Below, in pieces: positions 1 to 3,496 of a DNA stretch of 5,480 nt (within the stretch, counting starts at the first letter, position 1; each line of letters opens with the position of its first letter). The DNA comes from a virus. Location of the stretch: the IMG/VR virus record IMGVR_UViG_3300045988_017397, one strand, 5' to 3'. The notes under the pieces were generated by a model. That model was not told the origin of the DNA. It worked only from the letters and a program-made list of their open reading frames with translations, and did no database searches. A program made the translations under genes and the position numbers.

Positions 1-55
1 AACAACAAAAACTCTCTCTTGGCACTGGGCTTAAACACTCTGGGAGCTATCCAGC
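1..55. repeat. Terminal direct repeat, copy 1 (overlap created by linearising a circular genome)
   Basis: aacaacaaaaactctctcttggcactgggcttaaacactctgggagctatccagc at 1-55 is base-for-base identical to 5426-5480. It lies inside one continuous reading frame (VP2). An exact 55-nt end overlap is typical of a circular contig. Confidence 0.97.
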
Positions 56-543
56 AGGGCGTATATAACCGCATCCAGCAAGACGCGGCAATGAGATATA
101 ACTCAGCGGAAGCAGCGGCCAACAGAGCATGGCAGGAAAGAATGAGCAACACAAGCTATCAGAGGGCAATGGCCGACATGGAAAAAGCGGGACTTAATCC
201 CATACTGGCCTACGCACAAGGCGGCGCAAGCACTCCAACAGGCGCACACGGAACAATCGGGCAAAGCAGCATGAGCGCACCAAGCGTTGGAACGCAGTCG
301 GCAAGTATGCCGACAATCTCCGGCACAATGGCAAACTATAGCCGTCAAAAGGCCGAAAGCTGGTCGTGGACAGACTCGCACGGAGAGCAGCACAGCAGCG
401 GTTACAACAGCTATCAGACGGATTTCCCGGACTTAACCGGATGGCTCAACCAAAACAACAACAGCGGCAAAAACACAGCAGCCGGAAGCAGCAAAAAAGA
501 CGAACAAGGCTTCGGCGGCAGTAGAGGAGGCAGTTTTAAATGA
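1..543 (+). CDS. VP2: VP2 / DNA pilot (minor capsid) protein, C-terminal part. The gene wraps the linearisation point: 5153..5425 + 1..543, 271 aa in total.
   Basis: Frame 1 is open from base 1 to TGA 541-543, so the ORF-track TTG start at 19 is a cutting artefact. Position 1 equals 5426, and 5426-5153 = 273 = 91 codons, so it is in frame with ATG 5153. It contains [38 protein letters not shown], which I recognise as the conserved core of gokushovirus VP2/pilot proteins. The flanks are Gly/Ser/Gln-rich and low in complexity. There is an ATGA overlap with VP4. Confidence 0.85.
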   Translation, partial: NNKNSLLALGLNTLGAIQQGVYNRIQQDAAMRYNSAEAAANRAWQERMSNTSYQRAMADMEKAGLNPILAYAQGGASTPTGAHGTIGQSSMSAPSVGTQSASMPTISGTMANYSRQKAESWSWTDSHGEQHSSGYNSYQTDFPDLTGWLNQNNNSGKNTAAGSSKKDEQGFGGSRGGSFK

Positions 544-1562
544 GTTGTGAAAGACCACTCATCAGAATATATAATCCGAATGACCACAATATAACAGGGT
601 CAATTATGACCCTAGAAAAATACAGGGAAAGAGCGCATAATCCAGCGGCAACATACGAAAGTCTTGCATATCGCAAAGACGTTATGCTATTACCGTGCGG
701 AAAATGTCTGGGATGCAGACTCAGACAGCGACAAGACTGGGAAACCAGAATGTTGATGGAGTCAAAAACACTCACACCAGCATGGTTTTTTACTCTTACA
801 TGGAATCAAGAATATGTGCCGGGAATGATAAGAGCAACAGGCGAACTTATACGTGGAGCAGTACACCAGTGGACAACGGGAGACGCGCCAGAAGTTGTGC
901 AAATCCTATTACAAGAGGACATGGTGCTTTTTAATAAGAGACTCCGAAAAAAGCAAGAAATGTCCGATAAATGGGGTACAGACCTCAGATATTTTTATTG
1001 CGGCGAATACGGCGAAACCACAGGCAGACCGCATCACCATGCAATCTATTATGGGTTAGAAATACCAGACCTTAAGAAAAAAAGAGGCAATAATCCATAC
1101 TTTGAAAGCGAAACAATAGACAAAATCTGGGGAATGGGCAATGTGATAATTGCAGAGGCGTCACCGGAAACAATGGCGTATGTAGCGGGATATGTGACAA
1201 AAAAAGCCTACGGCAACGACACAAAACGATACAATGAGCTAGGGCTACCAGCGCCTTACTGCTGTATGTCACGAAATCCGGGTCTAGGATACGACTACTA
1301 CCAAGAGCACAAAGAGCAAATGTACAAAGACGATGGTTTATACTTTAACGGCAAAAAAAGGCCCATTCCAAGGTACTTTGACAAGATGCAAGAGACTGAA
1401 AATCCCAAAAGGTTATGGGAAGTCAAAAAAAAAAGGCAGTCAAGCGCAATAAATGCACTTAAAGTAAAAATGTCAAACACAGACGTGACCATAGAACAGC
1501 AAGGGAAAATCAAAGAAAAGAATCTCAGAGAACGCTTTAGTAAAGCAAGAGGAATTCTCTAA
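540..1562 (+). CDS. VP4: VP4 replication initiation protein (HUH rolling-circle endonuclease, phiX174 gene A analogue), 340 aa
   Basis: SD AGAGGAGG at 523-530 sits 9 nt before ATG 540, which overlaps the VP2 stop (ATGA). RCR motif I is FFTLTW (nt 786-803). The HUH motif is [10 protein letters not shown] (His triplet at nt 1032-1040). The double-tyrosine motif is YVAGYVTKK (nt 1179-1205), nearly identical to phiX174 A protein YVAKYVNK. The N-terminal [13 protein letters not shown] and PCGKCLGCR motifs are typical of gokushovirus VP4. Confidence 0.95.
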   Translation: MSCERPLIRIYNPNDHNITGSIMTLEKYRERAHNPAATYESLAYRKDVMLLPCGKCLGCRLRQRQDWETRMLMESKTLTPAWFFTLTWNQEYVPGMIRATGELIRGAVHQWTTGDAPEVVQILLQEDMVLFNKRLRKKQEMSDKWGTDLRYFYCGEYGETTGRPHHHAIYYGLEIPDLKKKRGNNPYFESETIDKIWGMGNVIIAEASPETMAYVAGYVTKKAYGNDTKRYNELGLPAPYCCMSRNPGLGYDYYQEHKEQMYKDDGLYFNGKKRPIPRYFDKMQETENPKRLWEVKKKRQSSAINALKVKMSNTDVTIEQQGKIKEKNLRERFSKARGIL

Positions 1563-1569
1563 TGGTGTC

Positions 1570-1617
1570 AGTGGGCCTAATCCTATCAAGAAGAGGATTA
1601 GGCCCACTATTTATTTT
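1570..1617 (+). terminator. Intrinsic terminator after VP4
   Basis: There is a perfect 15-bp stem, agtgggcctaatcct (1570-1584) pairing with aggattaggcccact (1594-1608). The loop is 9 nt (atcaagaag), and atttatttt follows. It starts 8 nt after the VP4 stop (TAA 1560-1562). Confidence 0.85.
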
Positions 1618-1640
1618 CGCTTATTATATATAACTTGTTG

Positions 1641-1668
1641 TAGCCGTAGTAGTAGGGGCTGTGGAAAA
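1641..1668 (+). promoter_or_regulatory. Candidate DnaA-trio / GC-cluster / DnaA-box element (basal-unwinding-system-like)
   Basis: The sequence reads TAG CCG TAG TAG TAG (1641-1655), GGGC (1656-1659), TGTGGAAAA (1660-1668). The 9-mer is the reverse complement of TTTTCCACA, which fits TTWTNCACA at 9/9 and TTATCCACA at 8/9. An AT-rich tract (1611-1640) lies on the trio side. Confidence 0.5.
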
Positions 1669-1764
1669 GTTGAAAACCATAAATTTGAAACATAACATCG
1701 TAAAAAATAAGCATATTTCATTGTTGAAAGATTTGTTGAAAACTTGTTGAAATGTTGAAACACT

Positions 1765-1793
1765 TTACCAGACTAAAATCTATTGCGTATAAT
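1765..1793 (+). promoter_or_regulatory. Weak candidate promoter between the two repeat clusters
   Basis: TTACCA (1765-1770, 4/6 to TTGACA), a 17-nt spacer, then a perfect TATAAT (1788-1793). No gene follows within about 230 nt, so the function is uncertain. Confidence 0.25.
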
Positions 1794-1832
1794 GATGTTG
1801 AAAAGTATGTTGAAAATGTTGAAAACCATAAG

Positions 1833-1841
1833 TTTTCCACA
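1833..1841 (+). promoter_or_regulatory. Second DnaA-box match, inverted relative to 1660-1668
   Basis: TTTTCCACA matches TTWTNCACA at 9/9. It is the exact reverse complement of TGTGGAAAA at 1660-1668 and sits 1 nt after the second GTTGAAAACCATAA copy. Confidence 0.5.
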
Positions 1842-1893
1842 AACTGTTGAAAATCGGAATTAAAGGCCGCACGGCAGACAGCCGGAAAGTCAC

Positions 1894-1933
1894 GTCATGC
1901 TCTTCGCACGGCGCACCGCGCCTACCGCATGAC
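1894..1933 (+). other. Compound GC-rich stem-loop in the non-coding region
   Basis: The outer stem pairs gtcatgc (1894-1900) with gcatgac (1927-1933). The inner stem pairs ggcgc (1910-1914) with gcgcc (1918-1922) around a 3-nt loop. It sits in a 61% GC island (1861-1950) next to a 29% GC tract. Confidence 0.35.
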
Positions 1934-1974
1934 ATTCAAGGCAAAGTCCGATAAAAATTTTTTTCAAAAACCTC

Positions 1975-2003
1975 TTGACAAAATAGAAAAAGTATGATAT
2001 AAT
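1975..2003 (+). promoter_or_regulatory. Consensus sigma70/sigmaA-type promoter with extended -10
   Basis: TTGACA (1975-1980), an exact 17-nt spacer, then TGaTATAAT (TG at 1995-1996, TATAAT at 1998-2003). An A/T-rich UP-like tract ataaaaatttttttcaaaaa (1951-1970) lies just upstream. The predicted start near 2010 is followed by SD AGAGAGG (2014-2020) and ATG 2029. Confidence 0.85.
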
Positions 2004-2028
2004 GCAAACAGAAAGAGAGGTAAGAACC

Positions 2029-2214
2029 ATGAAAGCAAAATCTTTATGGCATCTGAGCACAAACGCAATCAGCGAGCTGTACGACAAGGGGATTTACGAA
2101 ACCAAAAAATACAGATACATAGTTGACCAGTGCGACGGCGAGATATACCGCATCGAAAAGGACATCCTGGGAACAACGGAAGCACTCGACCCGGAAAACT
2201 GGATAAAGCAGTAA
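2029..2214 (+). CDS. Hypothetical small protein, 61 aa (ORFan)
   Basis: SD AGAGAGG sits 8 nt upstream of ATG 2029. The ORF-track start at ATG 2002 lies inside the -10 box, upstream of the predicted transcript start, so it is disfavoured. This is the first gene after the consensus promoter. No motif recognised and no TM segment. Confidence 0.6.
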   Translation: MKAKSLWHLSTNAISELYDKGIYETKKYRYIVDQCDGEIYRIEKDILGTTEALDPENWIKQ

Positions 2215-2229
2215 AGAGAGGTGACAAAA

Positions 2230-2376
2230 ATGAAAAGACCTAGCAAAGTAGAAAAAGGAAAATATACCTACCAATATGTCAACGACTCATGGCACTGGGT
2301 ATTTCAGAAAGCCGAAGAAACTAATGAAGACCGGGAAGACCACGAAGTAATAAAAGAGGACAAAAATGTACGATAG
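2230..2376 (+). CDS. Hypothetical small protein, 48 aa (below the ORF-track cutoff)
   Basis: Hand translation gives MKRPSKVEKGKYTYQYVNDSWHWVFQKAEETNEDREDHEVIKEDKNVR, ending at TAG 2374-2376. The strong SD AGAGAGGTGA (2215-2224) sits 5 nt before ATG 2230. The ORF fills what would otherwise be an empty gap and overlaps the next gene by 11 nt. Confidence 0.45.
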   Translation: MKRPSKVEKGKYTYQYVNDSWHWVFQKAEETNEDREDHEVIKEDKNVR

Positions 2377-2572
2377 AGCATATCATGAACTGTATAAAGG
2401 ATACAGAGGGCCGGAAACACCGGAAGAATGTGAATATTTCATCCGAAAGCTTTACAGACTGTTCAAAAGAGCATATACTGTAGAAGAGGCGAAAGCCATC
2501 ACAGAAGAAATCTACAAATACAAAAGCCAAAAGGCAGAAATGGAGAAGAAAGAGTGGCAATCATCAGTGTGA
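2366..2572 (+). CDS. Hypothetical small protein, 68 aa (ORFan, predicted helical, charged)
   Basis: SD AAGAGGA (2354-2360) sits 5 nt before ATG 2366. The initiation context AGAGG-ACAAAAATG is shared with the 2230 ORF. No motif recognised. Confidence 0.6.
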   Translation: MYDRAYHELYKGYRGPETPEECEYFIRKLYRLFKRAYTVEEAKAITEEIYKYKSQKAEMEKKEWQSSV

Positions 2573-2697
2573 AGGAAATCAAGAACGCCATCAAAATCAT
2601 GATGGAAATCTTGGAAAAGCTGGACGCAATCTATCACGCACTACACGACAAGGAGGATAACAGCAATGGCGAAACGCACGAAGATGACCAGCAGTAA
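2569..2697 (+). CDS. Possible 42-aa ORF (GTG start coupled to the upstream stop), very uncertain
   Basis: The GTGTGA junction places GTG 2569-2571 over the TGA at 2570-2572. The frame is open to TAA 2695-2697. The peptide is VKEIKNAIKIMMEILEKLDAIYHALHDKEDNSNGETHEDDQQ, and alternative in-frame ATGs occur at 2599 and 2602. There is no clear SD. Without this ORF, 2573-2665 would be non-coding. Confidence 0.25.
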   Translation: MKEIKNAIKIMMEILEKLDAIYHALHDKEDNSNGETHEDDQQ

Positions 2698-2785
2698 AGA
2701 CAAAAAGGTCTTTACTCAGACGGCAAAAAAGACCAAGGCCGTCAACGTCAGCCCGAAGAACATGAGAGGAGGCACCAGACTGTAA
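2666..2785 (+). CDS. Small highly basic DNA-binding/packaging protein (phiX174 J / gokushovirus VP8-like), 39 aa
   Basis: The protein is MAKRTKMTSSKDKKVFTQTAKKTKAVNVSPKNMRGGTRL, with 12 K/R out of 39 residues and one acidic residue. The C-terminal MRGGxRL tail is what I recall from small basic Microviridae proteins. A perfect SD AGGAGG (2651-2656) sits 9 nt before ATG 2666. The stop overlaps the next start (TAATG). Confidence 0.7.
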   Translation: MAKRTKMTSSKDKKVFTQTAKKTKAVNVSPKNMRGGTRL

Positions 2786-3027
2786 TGCTGAGACGTTATT
2801 ATGCAATCTATGACAAGGTAGCCAAGACCTTCAGCGGCCTTTTCGAGCAGCAAAACGATGCTGTTGCAAGCAGACTCTTCGAGAGCCAGCAGAAAAACAA
2901 AGACAGCTTTATCAGCGTCAAGCCGGAAGATTTCCGGCTGCACTACATCTGCACCATGGAAGATGAGACCGGTGAAATCATCGATAACACCAACATGTGC
3001 GTATGTGAGGGCAAGCCCAATGAGTAA
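2785..3027 (+). CDS. Conserved Microviridae non-structural protein, VP5/ORF5-like (putative), 80 aa
   Basis: It is coupled to the upstream gene by TAATG. The sequence pattern YYAIYDKVAKTFSGLFEQQNDAVASRLF ... PEDFRLHYICTMEDETGEI resembles the gokushovirus ORF5 family as I remember it (xxYDxKAxxFxxPF..N...A.R.F ... PEDxxL..xGxxDxxTG). It sits in the usual position just upstream of VP3. The family assignment was not verified by search. Confidence 0.65.
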   Translation: MLRRYYAIYDKVAKTFSGLFEQQNDAVASRLFESQQKNKDSFISVKPEDFRLHYICTMEDETGEIIDNTNMCVCEGKPNE

Positions 3028-3496
3028 ATTTCGGAGCGCATACAGCGGGCAGGTAAGGCATACGAGCCTGACCGGCAACGGCCGTGAGCCGGAATATGAG
3101 TACAAGGTAACGGAAGAAGGCCGGGAGCTGGTAAAAACCGGAGAAAAGGACGTCTATGCACTCATCCAGAGCCGTCTGGATGAAACCAAAATCGAAAACA
3201 TCATCAAGCGGGCAACGTATGACCCGACTGCACTGGGCAGTCAGGACTGGCAGACCAGCGAGACGATGACCGATATTTCGGACGCGCCGACAAACTACCA
3301 CGAGTGGTATGGGCGTATCAAAGACGCGGAGGCAGAGTTTGACAAACTGCCCATCGAAGTCAAAAACAAGTGGGACAATGATGTCGAAAAATACATCATG
3401 GCCTATGGAACCCAAGAGTGGGCAGACAAAATGGGCATAGCAAAACAGCAAGCCGAAGCAGAAAAACCGGCTGAAAAAAGTGAGGTGAAAGAATGA
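3020..3496 (+). CDS. VP3: VP3 internal scaffolding protein, 158 aa
   Basis: I chose ATG 3020 (MSKFRSAYSG...), with SD GAGGG (3007-3011) 8 nt upstream, over the ORF-track start at 2858. The N-terminal xxFRSAY motif, the acidic middle and AEFDKLPIEVKNKWDND (the FxxLPxExRxxF-type motif) are typical of gokushovirus VP3. It overlaps the VP5-like stop (ATGAGTAA) and the VP1 start (ATGA). Confidence 0.8.
   Translation: MSKFRSAYSGQVRHTSLTGNGREPEYEYKVTEEGRELVKTGEKDVYALIQSRLDETKIENIIKRATYDPTALGSQDWQTSETMTDISDAPTNYHEWYGRIKDAEAEFDKLPIEVKNKWDNDVEKYIMAYGTQEWADKMGIAKQQAEAEKPAEKSEVKE

Larger units (their letters stand above)
1668..1853 (+). repeat. Array of nine same-orientation GTTGAAA repeats (iteron-like; degenerate DnaA-box-like 9-mers)
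   Basis: Exact GTTGAAA starts at 1669, 1723, 1735, 1746, 1754, 1797, 1809, 1818 and 1846, all on the + strand. Five copies are the full 9-mer TGTTGAAAA (1734, 1796, 1808, 1817, 1845). A degenerate TTTGAAA is at 1684. The 14-mer GTTGAAAACCATAA occurs twice (1669-1682 and 1818-1831). No ORF of 60 aa or more lies on either strand across the array (1668-1853). Confidence 0.9.

Noticed and set aside
19-21. TTG 19 as the start codon of the 174-aa ORF.
   Set aside because: It is an artefact of linearisation. The frame is open from base 1 and continues from ATG 5153 across the circular junction.
103-393. An antisense ORF of 96 aa inside VP2. Other short minus-strand ORFs also exist: 536..775, 1072..1272, 1298..1513, 2044..2274, 2321..2560, 2597..2806, 3396..3605, 3877..4173, 4176..4367, 5183..5425 and 5253..5450.
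   Set aside because: All overlap better-supported + strand genes, lack ribosome-binding sites and have implausible compositions. I treat them as frame shadows.
695-1059. Overprinted + strand ORFs inside VP4 (695..934 and 853..1059), and similar ones inside VP1 (4412..4594, 4730..4957 and 4917..5150). I considered them as phiX174 E/K/B-style overlapping genes, in particular as a hidden lysis peptide.
   Set aside because: None has an SD, none contains a transmembrane-length hydrophobic segment, and their sequences are Arg/Thr/Ser-rich as expected for off-frame translation. Comparative data could reopen this.
1782-1817. A possible XerC/XerD dif-like site, which some gokushoviruses use for integration. 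attGCGtATAA (1782-1792) matches the E. coli XerC arm GGTGCGCATAA at 8/11, and TATGTTGAAAAT resembles the XerD arm TTATGTTAAAT.
   Set aside because: The two half-sites are not arranged as arm / 6-bp spacer / arm: the XerD-like sequence starts 14 nt after the XerC-like arm, and the inner TTAT is missing. The resemblance is explained by the GTTGAAA repeat itself. I also checked the AT-rich palindrome-like tract at 1619-1640, and it does not match dif either.
1668-1853. The repeat array read as a CRISPR array, as a tandem coding repeat, or as multiple -35 hexamers (TTGAAA is 5/6 to TTGACA).
   Set aside because: The repeats are only 7-9 nt long with 1-47 nt irregular spacers, so this is not CRISPR. 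No frame is open. Only one TTGAAA (1670) has even a 4/6 -10-like hexamer (TAACAT 1693-1698) at 17-nt spacing, so a promoter cluster is not supported.
2002-2028. ATG 2002 as the start of the first ORFan (ORF track 2002..2214).
   Set aside because: This ATG lies inside the -10 hexamer, upstream of the predicted transcription start, and has no SD. ATG 2029 has AGAGAGG 8 nt upstream.
1890-2087. A minus-strand ORF of 65 aa spanning the GC island, the consensus promoter and the first ORFan.
   Set aside because: It runs antisense through a consensus + strand promoter and RBS, has no SD of its own, and has a hydrophobic, Cys-rich junk-like composition.
2858-3019. An in-frame N-terminal extension of VP3 from ATG 2858, as called in the ORF track (212 aa).
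   Set aside because: The extension overlaps the VP5-like gene in another frame, has no SD and is a basic low-complexity sequence. ATG 3020 has an SD and gives the canonical VP3 N-terminus (MSKFRSAY).
2716-3451. Antisense ORFs 2716..3105 (129 aa), 2943..3161 (72 aa) and 2978..3451 (157 aa), opposite the VP5-like and VP3 genes.
   Set aside because: The same reasoning applies. Their composition is low-complexity and Cys/Arg-rich, they have no translation signals, and they lie opposite genes supported by motifs and coupling.
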